Source: Scenedesmus sp. PABB004 (taxonomy: Eukaryota). From it: a DNA stretch of 64,000 nt. The position numbers and the translations under genes were made by a program. The stretch is from positions 4,092,001 to 4,156,000 of the forward strand of contig CM026547.1 of the NCBI GenBank assembly GCA_014905635.1. The letters run 5' to 3'. Positions 33,928 to 45,918 of this stretch are shown piece after piece. Each line of letters begins with the position of its first letter. The stretch's first letter is position 1. The notes below the pieces were generated by a model. The model worked only from the letters and a program-made list of their open reading frames with translations, did no database searches and had not been told where the DNA came from.

Positions 33928-36900
33928 ATGGCGCAACCGCCGCCGCCCCTGGGCGACGCGTTCGCGGGCCTGGGGCTTGGCGAGACGCAGCAGCAGCAGC
34001 AGCATCAGGCCCAGCTGAGCGCGGGCAACCCCTTTGCGCCGGCGGCGCCGGGCGGCGCGCCGCCAGGCTCCGCTGCCCCGCCGCCCACGGCGGGCTGGGG
34101 CGCGCCGCTGCCGCCCGCCGCGGCCGCACCGGCGGGCTACCCGCCCCCCTCGGGCTACGGCGCGCCCCCCGGCGGCGCGTACCCCGCGGTGCCGCAGCCC
34201 GCAGGCGCTGGCGCGCCGTACGCAGGCGGCGCGCCGCCTGCGTACGGCGCGCCACCTGCGTACGGCGCGCCGCCGCCGCCGCCGCCGGCCGCGTACGGCG
34301 CGCCGCCGCCGCCCCGGCCGCGGGCGCGGGCTGGGCGGCCGCGGGCACGGTGCAGCCCGCGCACGCGGCCGCGCCGGGGCAGCCCGGGCACTACGGGCAC
34401 CTGCAGCACGCGCCGAGCTTCAACAGCCCCGCCGCGGCGCCGCCGGGCTCGGCGCCGCCGCCGGCCGCGGCGGCGCCGCCCGGCGCGCCCGCGCCGGCCG
34501 GCGCCGCCCCGCCCGCGCCGGGCGGCTGGCTGCTCGCGGGCGCCAAGCTCCCGGCGCAGCCGTGCGCCCAGCTGTGCGGCCCGCACGTGCGCTTCAACGA
34601 CTATGACCCCGCGACCGGCGCGTACGCGCTCTCGGTGCTGGTCGTGTCGCACCCGAGCCTCGGCGGCAGCACGGTGCAGCTCCACTACGCGGTCAACGCC
34701 CCCGCCGCCACGCCCGCGGCCAGCCAGGTGCTGGACGACTTTATGGGTGAGCCGCGGCGCGGCGCGCGGTGTGGGCACGCGCTGCGCTCGGGCGCGTGCT
34801 GCGTGCGTGCGCGTGCGTGTGCGCGCGTGCTTGGCCGGCGACAGGGCCCTGCCCTGCAGCTGCCGCCGCGCCGCGCCACGGGCCCGCCCGCCCGCCCCCC
34901 GCGCCGCCGCGCCGCGCGCCGCTGCCGCCTGCGCCCCCGCCGCGCGCCTGTGCCAGGCTACAAGTTCTGGCGCTTCGACATCACGCTCACCCTTGGCGAC
35001 GCCCCGGGTGTGCTCAACTACCTGGTGGGCCTCGTGGGCGGCCAGGCGCCGCTCGCGAGCCACAGCGTCTGCCTGCCCGCGAGGCGCGTGCGCGCCTGCA
35101 GCGACGCGGGGCCCGCGGGGCCCGCGCGCGTGCGCGGCATGAGCGGCGCCGTTTGAACGCGCGCGCGCGCGCGCCGCGCGCTGCTGCGCGCTTGCAGGAT
35201 GGAGCCGTGGCGCTGGCTCTTCTACTCGTGCAATGGATTCCACGAGGATGCGCCCGAGGTGCGCCGCGCCGGCGCAGCAGCAGCAGCAGCGCCCGCGGCG
35301 CAGCAGCGCGCCGGACGCCTGCGCGTCGTGCCCGCGCCGTGCCCACGCCACCCCGCTGCCCGCTGCCTCGCAGGTCAAGTACGGCGGCATCGGCAACCTC
35401 TGGGGCGACCTCATGCGCCGCCACACGACGCAGCGCTTCCACCTGCAGGTCCCCCGCTGCTGCCCGCCCGCGCCGCCGCCGCAGCTGCCCACCCTGCTGT
35501 CGCCCGCCGCCCCCGCCGCCGCGGGCAGGTGGGCGGCGGTGACCAGCTCTACTGCGACCGGCTCTTCCACCTGCCGGGCCTGCAGCCCTGGCTCAAGCTG
35601 GAGGACCACCAGGCGCGCCCCTGTCGCCGCCCCGGCGGCCGCCGCCGCGTCCGCGGCGCCGCTGGCGCGCCGCCGCCGCGCGCGCGCGCGCGTCCCGCCG
35701 AGCACCCGCCGCCGCCGCCGCCGCCGCAGACGCGCGCGCGCGAGCCGCTGACGCCGTCGATGCTGTCCGAGGTGGAGCAGTTTTACTTTGGCTCCTATAT
35801 GGCCCACTTTGGTCAGCCCGCGTTTGCGGCGGCGCTCGCGGCGATCCCCTTCACCTTCAGCTGGGACGACCACGGTGCGCACACGCGCAGGGCGGCACAC
35901 AGGGCGGCGGCCGGCGGCACGCGCGCGCGCGCGCGCGCGGTGCGCGCGCCCGGGCGCCCACGCGGCGCGCGCCCGGGGCCCCGGACCCGCCCCGCCGCCC
36001 CGCTCGCGCCAGACATCTTTGACGGCTGGGGGAGCTACCCTGACTACCTGCAGCGCAGCGCCGTCTTCCAGGCGCGCTCGCGCCGCGGCCGCCGCGGCCG
36101 CCGCTGCGCGCGCGCGGGGCGCAGGCAGGGCGCGCGCGGGCTGGAGCCGTGGCAGGGAGCGGCTGCCCGGCCGCGGGGAGCAGGGCGCGCAAGTCCCTTT
36201 GTGTGCTGGATGCACGCCGGTGCAGGCAGACACCCACGGGGCGTGCGCGCCCTGCGCTCCGCCCCGGGGCGGCTGCCGGCGCCCCCGCGGCGCGCGCCGC
36301 GCCCGCCGGCCGCGCGCCGCGCGCCGCGCGCCCGCCGCCGCGCGCTGAGCGCCGCGCCGCGCAGGGCCTGTTTGCGGTCGCGTGCTGAGTACCGCGCCGC
36401 GCCGCGCCGCGCAGGGCCTGTTTGCTGTTGCGCGGCGCTTCTACCTCCTCTTCCAGCAGCACGCGCGCTACGACAACGCGGCGACGCTCAGCCGCACGAT
36501 CGGGGAGTTCAGCTACCACCAGGCGCGCGCGCGGGCGCGTGGGGAGCGGGAGGCGGCGGGGGGGGGGGGGGGGAGCGGGAGGCAGCGCGGGGAGCGGGAG
36601 ACGGGCCGGGGCAGCGGGAGGCGGCGCGGCAGAGGAAGGGCGTGCCGGCGCCCCGCTAGCGCGCGCGCCGGCAGAGCAGGGGTCTGGCGCCGCGGCCCGC
36701 AGGTGCGCAGCGTGGGGCCCAACGTCGTGCTCGTCTCCCCCGACACGCGCAGCGAGCGCACCATCCACCAGGTGCGCACGTGCGCGCGCGGCCGCGGCCC
36801 CGCGGGCGCCGCCGCGCCGCGCAGCGCGCGAGCCGCCACGCGCGCGCGCGCGCGGCCGTGCGCAGGTGCTGCCGCCGGCGGCGTGGGACGCGGTGCTCGG

Positions 36901-38732
36901 CGAGGCGCAGCGCCGCCTGGCGGCGCGGCCGGGCGCGGTGCAGCACCTGGTGGTGCTGCTGCCGGTGCCCATCGTTTACCCCAAGATACCCATCAGCGAG
37001 TCACTCGTCAGCGCGATCCAGGGCGAGTGCACCTGCAGCCGCCGCCGCCGCCACGCGGGGGGGGGGGCCAAGCCACGGGCGGGCCCGCGCGCGCGCGCGC
37101 CGCCGGCGCGCCCCCGCCGACGCCGCTGCGTCCGCCGCTGCGTCCGCCGCCGCGCCGCCGGCGCGGGCGTGCGGCGCTGTGACAGGCGGCATGAAGGACT
37201 CCAAGGCCATCAAGGACGCGCTGACCAAGTTTGGCGGTGCGCGCGCGCACACGCGCGGCGCCCCGCCGCCGCGCCTCCCTGCCCCGCGCCGCGCCGCGCC
37301 CCGCCGAGCCTCGCCGAGCCCCGCCGTGCCGCGGGGCCACACACCGCCAGGCGACGCGGTCAATGTGTTTGGCGAGCCCGACATCCTGGACGACCTGCTG
37401 GACCACTGGACCTCCGCCGACCACGTGCAGGAGCGCCAGATGCTCGTGCGCCGCCTCCAGGTGCGCCCCCGGCGGCGCCGCCGCCGCGGCAGGCAGCTGC
37501 GCCCGTGTGAGCGCGCCGCGTGCCGCCGGCGCCGCGGACGCCGCCGACGGACGGGGCCGGCGTGCCGCGCCGCCCGCCGCGCCCGCCGGCCGCAGGCGCT
37601 CGCGGAGCAGTTTAGCGTGCGCGTGACCTTTGCGAGCGGCGACGTGCACGTGGGCGCGTTTGGCTGCTTCCAGGGCCACCCCAAGCAAGTGAGGAAGGGC
37701 GGAAGATCCTGCCCGGCGGCGCGCGGCCCGGCGGGGTCGGGCCGCGGCGCGCCGCCGCTCTCCGCACGCGCCCCGCCCCGCCGCCCCGTCCCGCCGCCAC
37801 GCCCCACGCTCTCGTCCCTGCCCGCCCGGCGCCCCGCCCGCGCAGCCGCTGCGCGTCATCGACCCAAAGTTCATGCTGCAGGCGCGCTGCGCGCTGTGCT
37901 GTGCGCTGCGCGCACTGCGCTGCGTGGCCGCTGGAAGTCTAGGCCGCGCGCGACACAGACGGAGCGCGCGCCCGCCGCCGCCGCAGGTCATCTCCAGCGC
38001 CATCGGCAACGAGCCGCCCCCCGGCGGCGTCGTGGGCGCGCTGGAGACGAGCAGCCTCGCGTCCACGACCATGGGGGTGCGCCGCGCCGGCGGCCGTCGC
38101 GCCCACGCCGCCGCGGCCCCCCGCCGGCGCCCGCGGCCGGCCGCCGCGCGCCCCCGCGCCGCCTTCAACTCTCTGTCCCAAACTCTCTGTCGAAGCTTAA
38201 ACCCTCTGTCCTAAACCCTCATTCGCGCGCCGTCGTGCAGGACACGCTGGACAAGATGATCAAAGCCTTCCCGGACAAGAGGAAGCTCCGCGCCGCACGC
38301 AATTACGCCGAGATCACGCCCCTGCTCGCGCCGTCCACCTGCGCCGCGACCGGCGCGGCGCAGCCCCCGGGTGCGGCGCGCGGCGCGCGGTGCGCGTGTC
38401 GCTCGCCACGGGCCGCCCGCCCGCCGCGCCCCACCGCACCCCCGCCGCGCGCAGGCGGTCTGGCCTTTACGCTTCGCGTCGAGCAGGGCCCGCCGGGGCA
38501 GCCGTCCGGCATCGAGACGTTCACGCAGACCGCGCCGGTGCTGCTTGCGGGGCCGCGCGGCGGCGAGGCGGCGCACTACGCGGCCAGCCAGGGCGCCGCG
38601 GCGCACGCGCACGGCGCGTCGGGCGTGATTGGGCAGGTCGCGGCGATGCTGCCCGGCCAGACGGGGCAGCAGCTGCAGGCGGGCATGAAGACCGCGGGCC
38701 ACAAGCTGGCCAACTGGCTCGCGCGCGTGTGA
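33928..38732 (+). CDS. PhoD-like metallophosphatase (fungal/algal type) with a Pro/Gly/Tyr-rich N-terminus, 17 exons
   Basis: FYSCNGF, GGDQLYCD, WDDHDIFDGWGSYP, PDTRSERT, DDLLDHW, FASGDVHVG, VISSAIGNEPP. 16 introns traced. Needs a 1-nt correction at ~34312-34315. Confidence 0.9.
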
Positions 38733-39040
38733 GGGGGGCGGCGCGAGCCGCGGCCTTGGGCGTGCTGCAGGCAGGCGGGGGGCGGGGGCTGGGCTCGACT
38801 GGCACTGGGGGCGGCTGCACTTGGCAGGAAACTCGGGGCGAGGGCGCCCGCGGCGCGTGCACGTGCGCACGTGCGCAGCGCGGACCCCCTGTGATCACTG
38901 CAGATGCGCGCGCGTGGGTGCCGGCGTCGGTCCAAAGGCGGCGGCTGTCAACCAAATCAATCGTAACACACCAAGCCGGAGCCTCCAGCTGGCGGCGGCC
39001 GCATGCGCGCGCCGCCCCTGCCGCCGCGCCGCGCGCCCGG

Positions 39041-40254
39041 TCACTGCCCGCCGACGGGCACGGCAAAGTGGTCGCGCAGCTCGTACGTGGCGGGGTCGTT
39101 GGGCAGCGAGCCCGGGCGCTTGTGGATGACGCCGTGGTGCATGTGCCAGCTGCCGGACGCCATGTCCTCAACGTACTGCGCCCCGGCCGGGCGGGCGCGG
39201 CGTGCGGCGGGGGCCGGCGGCCGTCAGCGCGGGGCCCGGCCGCGGCGGCGGCGGGCGGAACGGCGGGCGGCGGCGGGCGCGGCGGGCGCGCGGCGCACCT
39301 GTCGCAGGGTGATGGCCACGGAGGAGAACGCGATCTCGTCAAAGGGGATCGCGTCCGGGCTGAACAGGCCGACATCGAGGGACTCTGGTCCGGGGCTGAA
39401 GCTGAAGGGCGGCGCGAGGCGGGCCTTGAACAGCAGATAGGCCTGGCCGATCGCTGGGATGTCGAGGTGAGAGTACGGGCGCAGCACCTCCACCTGCGCG
39501 CGCGCGCGCGGCGGCGGCGGCGGCGCGGGTGACGGCTGGCGCGGCCGGCGCGGGGCCGGGAGGGCGGGAGGCGCGCGCGGCGGGCGCGGCGGGGCGCGGC
39601 GCGCCGCACCGCCGCGTTGGCCTCCTCCAGCGTCTCGCGCGCAGCGCCGGCGGCGCTGCTCTCCCCGATCTCCAGAAACCCCGCCGGCAGCGTCCACAGC
39701 CCGCGGCACGGCTCGATGCCGCTGCGGCGGCGCCGGCGGGGCGGCGCGCGTCGGCGGGCGCGCGTGCGGCGCGGCGCGGCGCCAAGCGTCGCCCGCGGCG
39801 GCGTTTTGTTGTTGTTGTTGCCGCACCGCTTGCAGAGCAGGATCTTGCCGCCGTGCTCCACAATGCAGCCGACGACGAGCTTGGGGTTGAAGTAGTCGAC
39901 GTAGCTGCAGGCCGTGCACACGTGCCGCCACGACGCGTCGCCCGCGGGCTGCACGACCGCCATCGGCGCGCCGCAGAGGCGGCAGAACTTTGACTGCCGC
40001 GGCAGCAGCCCGTGCGGCGGCGGCGCCGGCGGCTCCGCCTCGGGCGCCGCCGGCGACGGCGGGCCGTCGCCGTCTGCCAGCGCCCGCGCCTGCTGCTGCC
40101 GCTGCTGCTGCGGCGCTCGCGGCGGCGGGGCGCAGCCTGCCGCGAGCGCCCGCGCCTGCTGCTGCCGCTGCTGCGGCCGCGGCGCGGCCAGCGGCGATCT
40201 GAGGCACGCCGCCCCCGCCTGCGCGCACAGCGCGCGGGCGCGTAGCAGCGCCAT
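39041..40254 (-). CDS. NUDX23: Zn-ribbon Nudix hydrolase, NUDX23-like (plastid FAD diphosphatase type), 4 exons
   Basis: Transit peptide, FCRLCG...VCTACSYVDYFNPKLVVG, Nudix box GFLEIGESSAAGAARETLEEA, PGPESLDVGLF..IPFDEIAFSS. Confidence 0.85.
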
Positions 40255-40587
40255 GGCTGGGCTCGGGCTGAGACGGGCTGGGCGCGGCGCGGCAGCAGCA
40301 GCGCAGCGGCAGCAGCGGCGTGCGTGCGCAGGCGCGCGTGCAGGCGTCCGGCGGTGAGGCGCGGAACAGACCGGCCAGGCGGCAGTGAGGAACGGTCACG
40401 GCGGCCTGGGGGGGGGCTGCTTGTGGTTCGAAACCGCAGACCGCAAGAACGCCGCGCCGCGCCGCGCCGCTGCCCACTGACGAGGGCGCAGCTGTGGGCC
40501 CCGCGCCAGACACCCCACGCCGCGCTCGCCCTGAGAGTGCCACAGAGGCCAGCGCGCGGCCTGCCGCCGCCGCTGCGCTGCGTCCGC

Positions 40588-41739
40588 ATGGGGCGGCTTG
40601 CGGGCTGGGAGGCCTTCGTGCGCGGCTGGGTGGCGCTGTCAGAGTCGGTCTCGGGCGTGCTCGCCTCGGCGCGGCCGGCGGCGGCGCCGCTCGGCGCGGG
40701 CGAGGCGGCGCGGCTGGACGTGGTCATCAAGAAGGCGCTGCGCGCCAAGGAGATCCTGCAGGCGCTGCAGGAGGCGGCGGCGAAGCAGGAGGAGCTGGAG
40801 CGCCGCTTCGCGCCGGCGGTGCGCGCGCTGCCGGCGCTCGCGGCGGAGCTGCGCCCCGAGCAGCTCGCGGCGGCCGCGGAGTTCGCGGCGACGGAGGGCA
40901 TGCGCGCGCCGCTGCTCGCCGTCACCGGCGGCGCCGACGGCTGCGTGTCGGCGGCCCAGGCGTCCGACCCGTACGGCATTCGCTGTGCTTTCGCGCCCGG
41001 CCACCCGCTCGCGCTGCTGAGCTGGCGGGGCTACCTTGCGATCGTGACGCGCATGGCGCGCACGGTGGAGCATCAGCTGCAGGGCCCCGCGCTCGAGGCG
41101 CTCGCCGCGTTCAACGGCGAGCGCCGGCGGCTGGTGCAGGAGCTGCAGGCGCTGCGGCAGCAGCTGGAGGCGGAGGTGGAGATCCCGCAGCTGCAGCCGC
41201 TGCGCGACGAGACGGAGCGGCTCGACCAGCTGCTGCAGTCGCTGGCAGCGCTGCAGGTGCGCGCGAGGCGGCGACGCGTGGGGCGGCGACGCGCGGCCGA
41301 GAAAAGGGGGGCGTCGAGCGCGCCGCCGCTGCCGCAGCCGCAGCCTCGGCCAGCGCGCGCGCGCCCGCCCGCCCGAGCGCGCGCGCAGGCGGCGCACGTG
41401 GCGATGCTGCGCAAGGACCTGGGCGCGCTCGACCTGGAGCTGCTGGAGGCGCGGCTCAAGCTCAAGGCCAGCGACGCGGGGCTGCGGGGCTCGCCGCTCG
41501 GCGCCGCGCTGGCGCGGCTCAAGGCCCTGCGCGCCGCGGTCGCGGGCGGCGCGGAGCGGCTGCCGCACGCGGCGTGGGAGGCGCTCGACGCCGACCTGCG
41601 CACGCTCGCCGACGGCGTGGAGCAGCGGCAGCGGCTGCAGCAGCAGCTCGACGTCAACGTGCAGCGCTTCGAGCAGCAGGTGTTCCGGCGGCTCGCGCAG
41701 CTGCGCCAGCCGCCTGCGGCGCGCGACGCCGCCGTGTAA
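40588..41739 (+). CDS. Hypothetical coiled-coil protein, 2 exons
   Basis: GC3-biased Leu/Glu/Gln heptad-rich ORF, intron 41257-41388 (gtgcgc..gcgcag), TAA at 41737-41739. Confidence 0.7.
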   Translation: MGRLAGWEAFVRGWVALSESVSGVLASARPAAAPLGAGEAARLDVVIKKALRAKEILQALQEAAAKQEELERRFAPAVRALPALAAELRPEQLAAAAEFAATEGMRAPLLAVTGGADGCVSAAQASDPYGIRCAFAPGHPLALLSWRGYLAIVTRMARTVEHQLQGPALEALAAFNGERRRLVQELQALRQQLEAEVEIPQLQPLRDETERLDQLLQSLAALQVRARRRRVGRRRAAEKRGASSAPPLPQPQPRPARARPPARARAQAAHVAMLRKDLGALDLELLEARLKLKASDAGLRGSPLGAALARLKALRAAVAGGAERLPHAAWEALDADLRTLADGVEQRQRLQQQLDVNVQRFEQQVFRRLAQLRQPPAARDAAV

Positions 41740-41815
41740 AACGCGACGCGCGCGGCTGCCGCTGCTGCCGCTGCTGCTGCCCCCGCCGAGCCGAGCCGAG
41801 GGTTGGCCTATCGAG

Positions 41816-41820
41816 TTACA
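41816..41820 (-). promoter_or_regulatory. TGTAA polyadenylation signal candidate for the ADP/ATP carrier
   Basis: ttaca on the + strand, ~480 nt 3' of the AAC stop. Confidence 0.5.
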
Positions 41821-42298
41821 CACACACGCGCGCCGCGCGCGCGCCGACGCAAAGGCATCGGGCCGCGCCGCGGGCGCCGCCCCCAGCCGGTGGTCGCGGC
41901 GGCGAGTGAGCAGCTCGCGTGCCGGCCCCGCCGCGCCCGCGCGCGCGGCGGGCGCGCGCCGCACAGGACGGCGCGGCCGCCGCGCGCGCGGGCGCGGCGG
42001 GGCGGCGCCAAGCCTGCACCGCCGCCCGCGCCGCGTCGCTCATTCGCACTCGACTATACACATGTGGGGTCATCGCCCGCAGACCTGCCAAAGGAGAAGG
42101 CGAATCCAGGTTGTCAAGCTGAGAGAGGCCGTTCGATGCTGTCGCAGCACCACCGCCCGGCCCCGAGGCGCGGCGCCGCCCGCACGGGCCGCGCGCCGGG
42201 CCCTGCTGCGGCTGCGGCGTCCCCGCGCGCCGCGACCGCCGCGCGGCCGGCCGCCGCCGATCCCCGCGCCCTGCTGCTCTCCGCGCGCCGCGCGGCGC

Positions 42299-44243
42299 TT
42301 AGCCGTCGCCGCTGCCGAACTTCTTGCCTGCGCGCGCGCGCGGGCGGGCGGCAGGGCGGCGGCACGCGTGAGCCTCGCCGCGCCTCGCGCCGCGGCTCTC
42401 CCCGCGCGCGCCACTCTCGGCCCCCTGTCCCGCGCGGGCGGGCAGCGCGGCACATCGCATCGCAGCGCGGCGCGCTCACCGAACATGATGACCTGCATCT
42501 GGTCGTAGCCGGACAGCACGCCCGCGCCCGCGACGGCGCGCAGGATGTTGGCGCCCGCGCCCTTGAACAGCGACTTGACGCCCTCGTTGGCCACGACCTG
42601 CGCGCGGGCGGGCGGCGGGCGGGCGTGTCGCGCGCGTCGGCGGCCGCCCGGCAGCGATGCGGGCGCAGCAGCAGCAGTGGCAGCCCGCAGCCGCAGCAGC
42701 CGCAGCAGCCGAGCAGCGGCAGCCGCCGCCGCAGCGCGCCGGCGCGCCTGCTGGAAGCAGTCGATGGAGCTCTTGTACTTGACCGCCTGGCCGGAGGTCA
42801 TCATCATCCTCCTGCGCACGGTGTCGATGGGGTACGACGCGAGGCCCGCGCCGATCGTGATGCCCCAGCCCAGCAGGAACGACGCCAGGAAGTTGTCCTG
42901 CGAGCGGCGCGCGGCGGCGGCGCGTCAGCGGCCCGCGCGTCCCTCGCGTGCCGCCACACCGCGCGCCGCGCGCCCCCGCGCGCCTCCTCCTCCCGCGCGC
43001 GCGCGCGCGCGCCAGCCGCCGCACCGCGAGGTCGCCGGTGAGCAGGACGGGCTTGAGGGAGTCGTACATGCCGAAGTAGAGGCCGCGGTAGACGATGATG
43101 CCGACGCAGGAGATGGTGAAGCCGCGGTACAGCCCCGCGACGCCGTCGCTCGCGACCGTCTTCTTGTACACGTCGACGAGGCCGTTGAACTGGCGGTCGC
43201 CGCCGCCCTTCTTGGCCGACTTGGCGTCGTTGGCGAGGCGCGTGCGCGCGTAGTCGAGCGAGTAGACAAACGCGAGCGACGTCGCGCCCGCGGCGCCGCC
43301 CGACGCCATGTTGCCTGCGGCGCGGCGCGGCGGGCGCGGCGCGGCGCGCGTGAGGAGGGGGGGGGATGCGGGCGGCGGCGCGGCAGCCGGGGACGGCAGC
43401 CGGGGGCGGCAGCGCGCGGCGGCGGCAGCGCGCAGCGCCGGCAGCGCGCGGCGGCGGCGGCGGCGCGCGGGCCGGCGCGCAGCGTGGCAGCGCGCACCCG
43501 CGAACCACCACCAGTAGCCGTCGCGGTCCTTGTTAAAGCCCAGGGTGCGCTTGAAGTAGTCCTTGAACGCAAAGTTGAGCGCCTGGGTGGGGAAGTACCT
43601 GATGACGTTGGCCGTGTTGCCGCGCCAGAGGCTGCCGAAGCCCTCGTCCTTGATGGTGCGGCTGAAGCACTCGCCGATGCCCTTGTAGGGCTGCGCGAGG
43701 CGGCCCTGCTTGATCATCTCGTCCTGGTTCTGGATGAGCAGCTTCACGCGCTCGATGGGCGCGGCCGCGGTCTTGGAGACGGCGGCGGACACGCCGCCCA
43801 TCAGGAAGTCCTGCGAGAGCAGACGGCAAGCGCGACGCGTCGGGCGCGTCGGCCGCCGGCCACGGGCGCGGGGCGCGCGCGGGGCAGCAACCCCCGCGCG
43901 ACAGCGACAGCGCCGGCCGCCCCGCAACGCGCGCACGCGCCGCATGGCCGCCCGGGCGCGCGGCGGGCGGGCCACGCCGCCTCGGGCGTCCCCGGGGCGG
44001 TCGACCGGGGCCCGCCGGGCGCCCCCGGCGCCGCGCCGCCCGGGCGGGCGGCGCGCCAGATCAAGGCACCCCCGCCCCCGCACCGCCCGGCCGCCACGCC
44101 GGCCCGCGGGCCCGGATCGGCCGGGCCGGGGCGCCCCCCGTGCCCCCGGGCGCGCCCGCGGCGCGCGTGCTGCCCGCGGCGCGGGGCGGGCGCGGCAAAC
44201 GCACCACCATGAAGTTTTTGTCCATCTTCTTCTCCTTCGCCAT
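42299..44243 (-). CDS. AAC: Mitochondrial ADP/ATP carrier, 6 exons
   Basis: [50 protein letters not shown], signature [24 protein letters not shown]. Confidence 0.98.
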
Positions 44244-44887
44244 CTTGACGGGCTCTCGGCTGCTCTCTCCGGGCGCGGTGTGGGGCGGGCGCGGCGCTCG
44301 CGGCGCGGCGCTGGGGCGGCCTGCTGGCGGGCCGCGCGGGGCGTCCCGGGGCTGGCGGCGGGCGGCGGTGGCGGGCGCGGGGCGGCGCGGGGAGTGCGTC
44401 GGGCGCGGCGCGGCGCGGCTGCGTAGGAGCGATCGGCCGGGGCGGGCCCACCAGGGTTGTGTTACGGGCGTCAAAACGGACCGGCAGCCCACGTAAACTC
44501 CGGCCGCGGACACAAAGACGCGTGCCAGGAGGTGCCCCGCATCCGGCGGGGCCGGCCGTGCGGCCCCGGGCGCGGCGCGGCGCGCGGCGCGCGGCGCGCG
44601 GCGGCCGGCGCCCGCGATCCGGGCGCGGCGGGGGCGGTCTGGGCGATCTGGGCGCGGCGAGGTGTCTGCCATGGCCCTGAGCCACCCTGTGGGCCACCCG
44701 CTGGCGCGGCTGCCGCCGGTCGCCGGCAGCGGGCGCGCGCTCGCCGCGCTGTGCTGCGCTGACCGAACCCGCGCCGCCGGTCGGGCGTGCGCGCGCGGCC
44801 GGGGGCAGCCTCCGCTGGATCACCGCTTGCGCCGCCGCCGCCGCCCGCGCGCATGCGCCGCGCCCGCCCCGGGGCCGCAGCCGTCCG

Positions 44888-45877
44888 TCACTGCAGCAGC
44901 CCCACGGTGCGCATCTCCTGCGCGAGCGCGTCGACAAAGGCGTCGTTGTTGGCGAGCCGGATGAGCGCGGTCTTGACCTTGTCGCGCACCGCCTCGGGGC
45001 TCAGCACGCCCAGCGGCGGCTGCGGCACGCCGCCGGCGCCGCCGCCGCCCGCCGCGGGGGCGGGGCCCGAGGGCGTGATCTTGGCGGCCCTGCGGGCGCG
45101 GCGCGGCGCAGGCGGGTGGGCCGCCGGCGGGTGGGCCGCCGGCAGGCTGGGCCGGGCCGGGGCGGCGCCCCGGCGGCGCGCGCCCGCGGCGCCCCCCGCG
45201 CGCGCGCGCCACGGCCGCGCCCACCTGCTCAGCAGCTGGTGCAGCGCGCTGCCGCTGGGCACGGCGCCGTTGCCGACCGCGGGCGGCGCCGCGGCCGGCG
45301 GCGGCGCCGTCGCACTGCTGCTGCTGCTCGCCGCGGGCGCGGCGGCGGCCGGCGGCGCCGCCGCCGCGCCCTGCCGCTGCTGCGCGAAGAACGCGGGCGT
45401 CAGCAGGCCCGCCGCCGCCGGCGGCGACGGCTCCGCGGGCGGGGCGACGCTGGCGGCGGGCGCCGGCGCGGGCGCCGGCACGGGCTGCGGCACGGGCTGC
45501 GGCGGCGCGGGCGCGGGCGCGCGCGCCGCGACGCTGGCCTTGTGCTGCGCCGCCTTAAGCAGGCCCTGCAGGCCGCCGCCCTGCGGGCGCGGCGGGCAGG
45601 TGGGCAGGCGGCCAGTGGGCCGCGGGCGCGGCGGTCGGCGCGGCGCGCCCCCGGCGGCGCCGCGCGGCCGCGCGGCGTGCCCCGCCCGCGCGCGGCGCGC
45701 GGGCCTCTCACCCCGCCGGAGGACGGCTGCTCCCCGAGCAGGCTGCTGTTGGGCACCAGCTGCTGGCTCGCGGGCAGGCTGTCCTCCGTGACCGTGACGC
45801 TGCGGTCCCAGAACCCGTCCCCGCCCTGCCCGCCCGCCGGCGGCGCCGGCGCGGGCTCCGGCGCGGGCTGGTGCTGC

Positions 45878-45918
<41 letters not shown>

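Noticed and set aside
42040..42145. Lower-GC stretch in the AAC 3' UTR as a possible snoRNA or SECIS element
   Set aside because: I could not find convincing C/D or H/ACA boxes or a SECIS core, and the upstream CDS has no in-frame TGA. An Infernal/Rfam search would settle it.
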